A stretch of DNA of 57,360 nt, from positions 248,001-305,360 of the forward strand of contig JAVKOQ020000031.1 of NCBI GenBank assembly GCA_031835245.2, read 5' to 3'. Shown one piece after another: positions 34,061 to 44,411 of this stretch. The notes beneath the pieces were generated by a model. It saw nothing but the letters and a program-made list of their open reading frames with translations, was not told where the DNA came from and searched no databases. The stretch is from Balamuthia mandrillaris. Its lineage: Eukaryota. The translations under genes were made by a program, and so were the position numbers. Numbering within the stretch: the first letter of the stretch is position 1; each line of letters opens with the position of its first letter.

Positions 34061-35173
34061 ATGGGAGAGGTTTCCGAAGAGGAGGTGGCCAGGCTAAAGG
34101 AAGAGCTTGAGCAATGGAAACAAGAGGCGTTGCGCCTGCGTGAAGAGGTGCAGCTCCTTCGACAGGAGAACGAACGACTAAAACTCAAGAGCAACAACGA
34201 ACCGGTGGAAGCAACCGAGCAAAGCGGTACTCCGGGTAGCAGTAGCAGGGGCAACAGTCGAAGAGGAAAGACGCCCTCCGCGACAACGAACAATGGAGCG
34301 AGAGACTCCTCCAAGTTTGTGCAAGCCAGCATCAAAGAGAGCACTCGACTGCCAAAGTTGACCCGCAGCAGCAGCGCCCGCTTGTTGCTCTCCGAAGCCA
34401 CCCCCGCTTTGAAAGAGTCTCTCCACGAGAGCGGAAGCAGTAGCACCAAAAAGAAGAACAAGAAAGCAAAGAAAAAGGGCTCGAAGAGGCTGCAAAGAAA
34501 GGGGAGCGCCATTCTACGAAAGAAGAGCGAAGTGGAGGCCACAACAGTCGGCGGTCAGGATGTGTTTGGTGGCAGTAGAATCGAAGGTGGCACGTTTGGG
34601 AGAAAGAAAGGCAGACCAAAGACCATGGAAGGCATAGCCGAGTTGAAGAATGACGCCAAGAAACTGAAAGCCAACAGCAACAACAAGAAGAAAAAGCACA
34701 AGTATGACAACATCGGACTCTTCATTGAGAGTGAAGGCGAAGAAGAGGAAGGACGTACCTCCTCCACTCATGAACGCGAGGACGAGAAGGCCAACTACGC
34801 CACCGGCGCCAAGTACAACGGCGTACACGAAAGCAATGGAGGCGGAAGAGTAGGGAGCAGCGAGGCTGCCATGATGTATGATACCAGCGGGAAGATGAGA
34901 AGCTTGTCCAAGAAGAACAAAATGAAGAAGCTGAGGCGCTCCCTCTCCTCCTCACGAGGCATGTCTTCGATCATCAGTGGAAATAAGAGCGAGACGGAGG
35001 ATGGAAAGAGGTTGATGAAGAAAACAAAGAAGAGCAAGCAGAAAGAGAGGAGCAAGCAGAAGGAATCATCTTCTGAATTAGAGGAAGCCAGCGAGTCTAT
35101 CGTCACCGACTCTGAAAGTGGAAGCTCTATCCACAATTCTAAAGCTTCTCTCCTTCTGGTTGAAGATGATTAA
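34061..35173 (+). CDS. Hypothetical intronless Lys/Ser/Glu-rich protein with N-terminal coiled coil
   Basis: 370-aa ATG ORF; heptad-like EVARLKEELEQWKQEALRLREEVQLLRQENERLK followed by low-complexity basic clusters. Confidence 0.7.
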   Translation: MGEVSEEEVARLKEELEQWKQEALRLREEVQLLRQENERLKLKSNNEPVEATEQSGTPGSSSRGNSRRGKTPSATTNNGARDSSKFVQASIKESTRLPKLTRSSSARLLLSEATPALKESLHESGSSSTKKKNKKAKKKGSKRLQRKGSAILRKKSEVEATTVGGQDVFGGSRIEGGTFGRKKGRPKTMEGIAELKNDAKKLKANSNNKKKKHKYDNIGLFIESEGEEEEGRTSSTHEREDEKANYATGAKYNGVHESNGGGRVGSSEAAMMYDTSGKMRSLSKKNKMKKLRRSLSSSRGMSSIISGNKSETEDGKRLMKKTKKSKQKERSKQKESSSELEEASESIVTDSESGSSIHNSKASLLLVEDD

Positions 35174-35262
35174 AACCTATTCATGAACGTGGTGATGTAC
35201 ATTGGCATAAATATGTAGTTTTTTGTTTCATTTTTGTTTTCTTGTTAACGTGCAAAGTTGGT

Positions 35263-36803
35263 TCAGCTGAAAGAGGTCGATGATGAAGAAGAAGACGAAG
35301 AAGCAGAAAAGGAAAAGGGCTGGCCTGTCCGCCATGGAGGGTATTCTTCTTGTGTAGGTGCTGTAGTATCGTTCAGTGAGGCCAACGCCTCTTCATTCTC
35401 TGCGTCCTCTATGATTTCTGCTTTGTACGTTAAAACAAAGGAACAAAACTGACAAGAGAAACAAAAACATACCATAGTACTTGTCCACCACATGACGGGC
35501 TTGTGCTGCCAATCCTTCGTCAGTTTGGTATTGCAAGTTCTCAATGGTTTCAACTGCATCTTCCTCTTCCACTAACGTAGCGCCTTCGGGGTAATAGTCA
35601 AGCATCCTCTCCAATAATGACAGCGTTAAGGAGACTGCGTCTAAGTCAGGCGCCTTGAGCATTCCCAGGAAGGTTGGCAGCACTTCTTCTATTAATGGCT
35701 CGAAGTACTTTTTCTCCGACATTATGTTAGATAGTGCATAGGCTGCCTGCATGTGTATTACCGAAGGAATGAGAAACTGCAAGATTGCTTAACGCTAATT
35801 AGAAGGAAGATTTTAAAAAAAACCTCTTTTTTTATATCAAAGGTAGAGGTCCTGAGCATGTTAACGAGAATGGGGATGAATTGGCCTTCTACCACAGCGT
35901 CGATGTGAGCGAGCTTTCCTCCGGTAAGATTGGAAACAACCCAAGCTGCCTCCTTTTTATGAACCCTGGAAGAAGAATCCAGGGCAGCACGAAGAAGAGG
36001 CAACACTTGCGGTATTTCCAGTACGGCGTCTGTAAGAGCGTTAGAACTACAGATGATGTTGCCTAATACCCTAAGAGTTGGCAAAACTAAATCCTGTATT
36101 TCGGTGGCACATAGCTCAATTATCCGTTGCTGTTGTGAGGAAAGAACAACAAAGAAAGGAAGTCGTTCAATCGATACTGATCTTCTAACAAAAGAAGAAT
36201 AGAACACAACTCACCAAATGGGTGGCAAGACCAGCTTGCATGAGCGGAGCGATACAGGATGTCCCTCCGGTTGTGAGATAAGTTAATAACCAAACAACTT
36301 CTACCAAAACTGGAGCTTCCTGGCACGTTATTGAGAGGGTATGATAGCATTAATCCCTTGTGGCTAAGTGTTAGGAAGAAAGGCAAAGCAAAGATAACGC
36401 ACTGTACAGGAGGTTAATTGATGGACAAGAGGCTCAATCACACCAGCATTGTAGAACTCCATCAACTTTGGGTTTTGTCCTCTGGCTAAATTGCACAACC
36501 CAAAGGCCGCCGTGTGCGCTACCGCTCCTACCTAGTCAGTTAACAACAACATTGCATACAGCCTCCATTGGTTAACGAATGGAAAAACAGAAGGAAAAAG
36601 AAAGTCAGATAGAAAGGTTGCTGTACCGGAGAGGCAAGCAATTGGACCATGGGACGAAGCACTCCGTTAGCTCTCAACAAGTCTCTGCACTGGACACTAT
36701 CACCAGCCATGTTGGCAAGCGCCCATGCCGCCTGCTCTTGCAAGGCCTTCACATAAACAAACGTACATGAACATCAGCTACCAGCGTTACCAAGAGGCGT
36801 AGA

Positions 36804-36840
<37 letters not shown>

Positions 36841-37466
36841 ACGAGAACGTACAACGTTGGAGCCAGAGAGAAAAGCAATGAGGTAAGGAGCCGCAGAGAG
36901 GGTTTGCAGGGTCTGTTCATGAGAGCCACTTGCAAGGTTCGTGAGGCACCAAGCGGCATTCAACTGGTCCTCCTCATTGGGCTCCTGCAGGAAGTGCTGC
37001 ACCCCAGGGCTTCTGGGTTAGACTAGCGTTCTCGACAAAAACGTTTTTTCAAGAGCAGTGAGAGAGAAAAAATGGACTCTACCACGATGGAAGGAAGGGC
37101 ATCAGGAGAGGCGAACACCAAGTCCAACGGTGGCGCCGACGAGCTCAACAGCAGTCTCAGCTGTGCTAGCGCTCCGCTTCGTTCGCTCTTGTGCGCGGTG
37201 GGGCTGAAAAGGACGCGTAGCATGGCCTCCACTTGTTCAGGGGAAGCCAGAGGGCCGCTCTCCTGGGCTTGCTCTGCCGGGTGGTGCTTCAACCGTTTGG
37301 CAGAGATGGCTTCCTCTCGCTTGGCCTTGCGCAGGCCGTGCGTTTGCTCCATGCGCTTGACCGTCCCTTTGCCCGGCCCCAGGTCATGCTTCTTAAACTC
37401 CTTTTTCCTCTCGAGGCCCAGGCCCAGGGGCAAGGGCGTCGTGGCCAACGTCCCGCTTGGCTTCAT
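35263..37466 (-). CDS. Importin alpha-like ARM-repeat protein, multi-exon
   Basis: IBB-like LRKAKREEAISAKRL, ARM motifs QLNAAWCLTNLASG, LQEQAAWALANMAGDS..CRD, PTLRVLGNI, KKEAAWVVSNLTGG, FDIKKE/AAYALSNI. Confidence 0.92.
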
Positions 37467-37506
37467 TCCGTTCCTCTGCTCTCTTTTTTTTCCTTCACGT
37501 TGTTTG

Positions 37507-37576
37507 TTTCATGTCGACATGGTTTCCTTATATTTCATGTCGACATGATAGGGTGCGCTGGAAAGTTGGCGCGAAA
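37507..37576. promoter_or_regulatory. Bidirectional promoter elements: two tandem palindromes CATGTCGACATG and an E2F-consensus site
   Basis: TTTCATGTCGACATG at 37507-37521 and 37533-37547; GGCGCGAAA (reverse complement TTTCGCGCC) at 37568-37576; located between the divergent starts 37466(-) and 37776(+). Confidence 0.45.
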
Positions 37577-37775
37577 ACCAGCGAAAGTCTACGTGGAGCA
37601 AAAAAAAGAGAGCGGAAGTGGGGAAAGCGGCCACTCCTCTAAGCCACCGCCGCTACTTATCCGCATTGAGAGAGCACTACTCCCTGTGGTCCTCGCCTTT
37701 AGTTAGCGCTTTGGAAAAAGCAAGTGGCAAACACGCACGCAGAGAACGCCCAACTGAAAATCAAAAAAAAAAGAA

Positions 37776-38639
37776 ATGGAGGCACCAAGAAGAGAAGAGG
37801 GGGAGGCCTCCAGCAGCAGCAGCGGCGCTGCTTCCTCACTGGACCTGCCCTACGAGCTCACTCTCAAGATCGTGGAGTACTGCGATGCTCAGCACCGCAG
37901 GGGCAAGACGCAACAAAAACCAGGCTCCACGGCCGGCCGTTTTGACGCCCTCAAGACCTTGCGCCTGGTCAACAAGCAGTTCAACCAGCTGGCCACGGAC
38001 CTCCTCGTCAAGGACTATGTGGCCGCCTTGGAGACGCAGCTGCAGCACCTCACCGCCGTCCTCTCCTCCAAATGGGAGGAAGGGCAACCCAACGAGCGTC
38101 AGGCCAGCATGTTGGCCGCCTGCTTCGAGGCCCTGAGCAAGGCCGGCGAGGAGCTCAAGTTCCTCCAAAGAAAGCTGCAGGAAAAGATGGAGGCCCGCAG
38201 GGCCATCTACCGCATGCCCAACGTGGACGACGGCACCCGCATGCAGCTCCTCAAGGCCTGCTACTTTGACGCCGAGCTGCTGGGCCTGCGCAACGTGGCC
38301 GAGAGCCTCCACAAGGAAAAAGAGCAGCTGGAGCCGAGCAAGCGGAGAAGAGAGGAGGACTGGAGGGGAGGTCCCCTTCGTGTGGACGACCCCTACCGCC
38401 ACCGAAGACCCCCTCCGTTTCCCAGAGGGCCAGGTTTTCCCGCCCCTCCTCCCATCTTCGGCGAACCGGACCCGGACCACATGGAGCCGCCCGACTGGGA
38501 GAGGGACAGGAACCCAGCGCCCTTCCCGGCGGGTCCCATGGGCCCTTCCTCTCCCTTTGGCTATGACCCTACCGCTCCTGGTCCCTTCAACCCACGTCCT
38601 CCTGGTCCGGGCGGCGGCATGGGTCCTCGTTGGATTTAG
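37776..38639 (+). CDS. Intronless F-box-like protein with proline-rich tail containing a PI31-like EPDPDH motif
   Basis: SLDLPYELTLKIVEYC...LKTLRLVNKQFNQLA (F-box with insertion), helical middle, tail PPPIFGEPDPDHMEPP..GYDP..PGPFNP. GC-rich codons. Confidence 0.7.
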   Translation: MEAPRREEGEASSSSSGAASSLDLPYELTLKIVEYCDAQHRRGKTQQKPGSTAGRFDALKTLRLVNKQFNQLATDLLVKDYVAALETQLQHLTAVLSSKWEEGQPNERQASMLAACFEALSKAGEELKFLQRKLQEKMEARRAIYRMPNVDDGTRMQLLKACYFDAELLGLRNVAESLHKEKEQLEPSKRRREEDWRGGPLRVDDPYRHRRPPPFPRGPGFPAPPPIFGEPDPDHMEPPDWERDRNPAPFPAGPMGPSSPFGYDPTAPGPFNPRPPGPGGGMGPRWI

Positions 38640-38930
38640 CGAGTGAGCTTCTGGTCTCTGTTTCTCTTTCTCTCTTTGCTTCTTTCTTCTCCCTGACGTG
38701 AGGTTTGTTGTTGCTGTAGAATTCTTCTGATGCCCATTTTGTTCCAATCCTTTGTTTTAACAATACTTAAGGTTTACTTTTTTGTTTCTATGTTTTGTTT
38801 TTTTATAATGTAACTTGAAGGGGTTGGTTGGGGGTGCGAGGAAGAAGGAAGAAAAGACAAAAGAGGATTCCTTTTAGCCCGTGACCCAGATTATCTTGGT
38901 CTTTGGGAAAAGGATTGCTTGAGAGAGAGG

Positions 38931-38970
<40 letters not shown>

Positions 38971-38999
38971 GCGACGAGGGAAGAAGACAAGGGGAAAGA

Positions 39000-39795
39000 T
39001 CACGAGGCAGAGTTGCGGTTGCTGCGAAGCTGCTTCATAACTTTTTTGTGCTGGTAGGTTGTGGGGTTTTTCCTGTCCTGGAGCTGCTTCAGGGCTAAGA
39101 GGCGACCACAGATGTTCTGCACAAAGACCCTTTGGTCCGTGCGGTAGATCTCCTTGACCGCGTTGAGGAGGCCGGTCTGGTGAGCCACCCCCCTGGGGTT
39201 TGGGTGGTGCTCCAACAGGGAGTGAACAATCTTGAGAAGGCTGGCCCGTACGTGGGCGTTGGTCTCCTTCTCCAGAGCCTCGATGATTTTGGGGATCACT
39301 CCTGCCTCGCTCATGGCAAGGTTCACCGGTGGGCACTCCTGCACGATGGTGAGAATAGGCTCCACCGCCTTCACGAACGAGGGTTTGTTGTAGAAGGAAA
39401 AGCATCCCACGAGCTTGTCAGCACTCTTCTCCAGCTCCAGATTCATCTTCTCTGGCTCGGATCTCCGCCAGCGCAGCAGGCATTGCAGAACCTCCACGAA
39501 CCAGCTGGAGTTCTTAAGGAGGCGAGTGAAAACGGGGAAGCTGTCGCACCGCCACAACAGCTCCCGCACTTTGCTGGAGGCGTGGGGTAGGTCCAGGAAT
39601 ACCGTTATGGCGAGCTCCTTCAAGAAATGAACGCGGCCCACCTCAATGAAGTATATGAGAGATGGGATGATGCCCGCCATAGCTGCCCTCTCCTGTCTTC
39701 TGTGGTCCAGTTGGCAGAACAGAAACAAGGCATTCAGCACCTGATTGTGTATTTTCTATTTCATATTGGACAAGGGGTTTAGTTCATTCTCAAGA

Positions 39796-39844
<49 letters not shown>

Positions 39845-42828
39845 AACGTACATTGAGCGTGACGTTTTCCTTTTCTTCGAGAGAGCCTTTGGAGTCTTTG
39901 CGCGGACAACACCGAGCAATCTCTTCCTTTGTGAATTCCTCCCTTCGCTCCAGGTAGCGTATCAGGATTTCAGCAAAGCTATGTTTTTCGAGGAAAGGCC
40001 GAGCTTCTGCGTGAACCAACAAGTTCCGAATGGTATGTAGCAGCCATAGAACGTGATAGGAAGGTTCGACAGGTTGCTCCAGTACGTGCTTTATGTGCGT
40101 TAGCACGTGAGGCTCGCACATGCTTTTCTGCACACCGCTATCTAGGGAGGCTTGCGAGAAGTAGAAAAAAACATCGCTAACTTTGTACAGGGTGTCGCGG
40201 ACAGAAGAGTCCTTATGAACGTTGGTGAGGGCGATGGATAGTCGTTCTAGCAAGCCACACTTGGTAAATAGGTGGCAAAAATCGTTCTTTGGCAAAATCT
40301 ATAGCAGCGATGAGAGAAAATGTTATGCGGAGAGGGAGGGGGAGAGAGAGAGAGAGAACAAACAAAGGATGTACCTGCAAATGAAAGATGCTCCATATAC
40401 AGTTAATGGTAGAGCAGACAAGGGTACGATAGGCATGGTAGTTGGGTTCCAAAAGAGTAACGAGGACACTAAGTCCTCCACAGGCAATAAACATGTGGAG
40501 AGCCAACGGGTTGGAATGGCTCATTTGGGTGATAAAGCGGGCGGCTTCCAAGCGAATGTGCTTGGGGTAGTGGGCAGCTGCGAACTTGGTGACAGCAGGA
40601 ATGCCCCCTAGCAGACAAAAGTTGGTCTGCAAGGGATTGTCTCTGCTCTTTACCTGTTTCACACCGGCCTGATTGCCAGCTCTCCTTCTGAGTTTGCTGG
40701 AGAGCATCTCGTTGATGACCTGAAGAATGGCTTGCAGCAACTTCCACTGGTTCTTGGCGGCAACAACATCCATCATATTTAGCAGTTGAATGATGGCAGT
40801 GTTGGAGATAAGATGTTTCTTTTTTTTGGGTTGGGTGCGAAAGGCGTTGACGAGGTTTTCGCAGGCTTGAAGGACAACACTCTCGGGCTGGCTGCTAGAC
40901 AGCAGCTGGATCCATCCAACAACATCTATCTTGAGCTGCTCCAGCTGCCGCACCCGTAATAGGGCTTCCTTGTCTTCTTCGTCCCCCTCTATGATATTGT
41001 TGAAAGCGTCAAACTCGTTGCTGCTAGTGCTGGCGCTACCTCCAGTGCTTGCTGTAGGGGAGGACAAAAAATGTTTTCCGGGATCATGTAGCTCTAAGAC
41101 GCCGTTCTCTTCTAATTCAATGCCATCTAAAAAATCATCGGTGCTGCTTTCCTCGATCTCCACAAACTTGCCCAATCCTGTTCGCAGAATGCTAGGAAAG
41201 CCCGAGGTGGCAGTGTCCCTAGTCTTGCCATCCGGAACAGAGGTTAGGGTCTCCGAGTCGCTGTCGCTGTCACCTATGTCCAGCTCCATGACTACGTCCT
41301 CTGGGTTGGGCGTCCGGAGAACCAAAGGAGAGGAAGCCTGCCGGGATAGAACCAGGTCCAGTCCCTGTTTTTTAATGGTTTTGAAACTGTCCAAGCTTTT
41401 ACTTCCAATATCTAGATCCTGGGGTTGAGCACGACCTGTTTTTCTCCTCAGCTTGACGGTCTTGCTCAGCTCGATTTCACTAAAGTTTTCATCTGATGGC
41501 AAGTAATAGGACAACAAGCAATAACGGTGAGTGGGTTGAGAAGCCGGACAACAAAAACTGCAATCCGTAAAAACGTACCACTATCATAATCCTCATCTCC
41601 CTCTTCTTCCTCTTCCTCCTCTCCAACAAAGGGAGGCGTGCTCTTCTTGCTGTTTTTGTTGCTACCGTTGTTCCGCTCCGCTCTAGCTATCTGAGGTGGC
41701 GAAGTAGGCGAGTGGCTGATCAGCTCCACCGTTCCCGTCTCGTTGAGAGTAGACCTGCTTCTTGTAAGTCGGGCAACCCAACCCATACTTGATCCTCCGC
41801 TTTTGTTATTGATGCTGTTGTTATTATTGGGGTTGGAAGGGGCCGTTCCATTTTCTTTGCCTCGCTTGTGAGTGAAGGCTGTCGCTTCCTTGGAGATACG
41901 TCGGCTAGCTTTGGGAGAAGCGCTAGGCGAACTTTTGGTATCCCGATCCAATGCCTTTTTGTACTGTTGTATTTGTTTTTCCACGACATTGAAGTCGCTG
42001 CTGTCTTGAGCTTTGGTCAGCCATGGATGATGCAAGAGATTAGCGGCAGTTATCCGCATGTTCACGTCTTTTTTAAAGCATTGCAACAGCAGATCTTGCA
42101 GCGCCTGAGTTGCATTGAACTTAGTACACAAAATGCAAACACAAACACAACCACAAAAGGAACGGGGAATTACAGGAGTAATGCCTTCAGGGATTGGAGG
42201 ATGATCATCTTGGACAATTCTGTAGAGTGATGCTGCAGCAGGGAGATTGCCATAGGGCGGTATTCCTGTCACTAGTAAAGGTTATGAGTCAATGAGCGAC
42301 GCAAACATTAAATAGAAAAAAAGAGAAGAGGCCTAGTAGGACAATTACATAATTCTATGATGGTACAACCGACAGACCATATGTCACACGCGGTCGTTGC
42401 TCCAGACATTGTGATTATCTCAGGGGCCACTGCAAAAAGAAAAGAAACGAAAATGGTGAAGAAGAAAAGGCCACCAAAAAGATTAAACGGAAGCAGAACA
42501 AGAAACGAGCAAGAAGACAAAATTAGAAAAGTCCAGCTAAAAGCAGTTAAAAAAAAACGTGAAGCATACTCCAATAAGGGGTGCCCGCAAAACTATCTTC
42601 AGGATTGCTGATGTCACTCAGTTTTGTGCTAACACCAAAGTCAGCAAGCTTCGCCTTGCCTGCTGTTGTTATCAAAATGTTTGCTCCTTTTATGTCTCGG
42701 TGGATAACACCCTGGTCGTGCAAATAGTTCAATCCCTCCACCACCTGTGCCATGTACGTTGCTACCAACTAAATCAAATGCATAGACAATGCGTTTTATC
42801 AGCAATAAAACGAAAACGTAGAAAAGGG

Positions 42829-42860
<32 letters not shown>

Positions 42861-43573
42861 CAAAGAGAGAGCAAATACTGTTTCCGGAAATTTGCCATGC
42901 TTACGCAGTACAGATTCCAAGCTGCCGTTTTCTATGTACCTAAATCCAAGAAGAAACAACCCGTCAGTGGCATACAGCACAACAGAACAAGAGAGGGATA
43001 CTATACTCCATAATGATGCTGAGATAGTCTTCAGAGCACACATGGTCTATATACTGCACAATGTTTGGATGCTCTAATGACTTCAATAGATCTATCTCCA
43101 TCTACAGATGAAAAGAGAGAAAGAAGCCAATAACACAAAGAAAGAAACGACGACAGAACGAAAATGAGCGGCTATCACGCAACAAACAAAAACGAGCGAG
43201 AATGACCGACCATCAAAGAGGTGAGCTGCATTTTCTTCTTGCGGTTAAGAATGACACGTTTGATAGCGACCCAGTTGCCTTTGTTGCGATGAACGGCGCG
43301 ATAGACCACTCCAAAAGCGCCTCGTCCCACCACATCCATTATCAACTGTTATTTGTTTTTGTTTTCAGGGTTAGTTGGTCAGCACAAAACGAAAGACAAC
43401 AAACAACAAAGCTGAGGAAGAACAGCTAAGGAGAGAGAGGGAGAGAGAGAGAGAGAGAGAAAGGAGAGACAAAAAAACCGTACGTAGTCTCCACACGTTT
43501 CTTTGTCCTCCATAGCTTTCTTGCTGTTATCCTCCGCGCGCTTTTCCTTCTTCTTTTCAAGATCGGAAGACAT
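39000..43573 (-). CDS. Cdc15/Cdc7(SIN)/SepA/MAP3K-epsilon-like STE kinase with C-terminal ARM-like region, multi-exon
   Basis: [114 protein letters not shown]-terminal [54 protein letters not shown]. Confidence 0.93.
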
Positions 43574-43860
43574 GTTTGTTGTTGGCGAAGGGCAGAGGTG
43601 AACCTTTATTTTTGTTGTTGTTGTTGTTGCTTTTGCGAAGTTGTTTGAATGGTGCGTACGGTCGAGGTTAAACGTAGAAGTAAGCGATCGTCAATTCAGG
43701 GTTGTTGGGTTGAAAAAGAAGACAAATAGAAAAGAAGGGAGGCCCGAGTCCGGTTGGTGTTGATGGAATGAGTTCGTTCAACAACGTGCGGTCCTTTCTT
43801 CCATGACTCGCCGGCGAGTGTTTTTTTTATTTTGATCAATCGTTTTTTTTTTACTTTGTT

Positions 43861-44167
43861 ATTTTTCGCTTGTTGTGTACGTTAACGACGATCAAAACAA
43901 CCAAAGGGAAAAAAAAAGTAGAGGTGCAAGGCGAGAGAAGAGACAAAGGAAGACCAATCACCACCGCAAGTCCGCAACCGCCCCCTTTTCTTTTTGTTTC
44001 CTCTTTTTTATTTATTTGTTCAGTTTGGAGCTCTCTTCGTGACGTCGCGAAGCTGTCTTCCGGGTCGTCACGCCACTTGTCTACAAAATCAACAAAAAAA
44101 AACAAAAAGAACAGGCTGCAGAAAGCTGAGGGGCGGCTCAAGCTGTGTTCCTGCTCTTTGTTCTTTG
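43861..44167 (+). repeat. Diverged partial duplicate of the FAN gene promoter (47496-47708) fused to a piece of its coding region (48100-48154)
   Basis: Shared strings GACGATCAAAACAACCAAAGGG, GAGAGAAGAGACAAAGGAAGACCAA, TTCGTGACGTCGCGAAG, GGGTCGTCACGCCACTTGTCTACAAAA, then GGGCGGCTCAAGCTGTGTTCCTGCTCTTTGTTCTTTG. Confidence 0.92.
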
Positions 44168-44411
44168 ATGAAACTAGGTGTAAAGTAGAGCAGGGCCAAG
44201 ATCTAGCAGAGGATGGGCGGACACCAACTCCTTTCGAGGGGTGTGGTCTTACTCTGGAGCTACAAAACAGGAGAGCAAGGAAACTTTCGAAAATTATTCT
44301 TATGCTTTGGCCACCAACAAAACCAGAGAGGGAAAAAATGGAAATTCTACTATAAACATTTTCTGGTTGTTGTTTTTTGGCCGAAAAGCACATCATTAGC
44401 GCATGATTTCT

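Noticed and set aside
37836..38747. 303-aa antisense ORF over the F-box gene (similar shadows over the PPR, kinesin and membrane-protein genes)
   Set aside because: Stop-poor antisense shadows of GC-rich codon usage with no independent motif.
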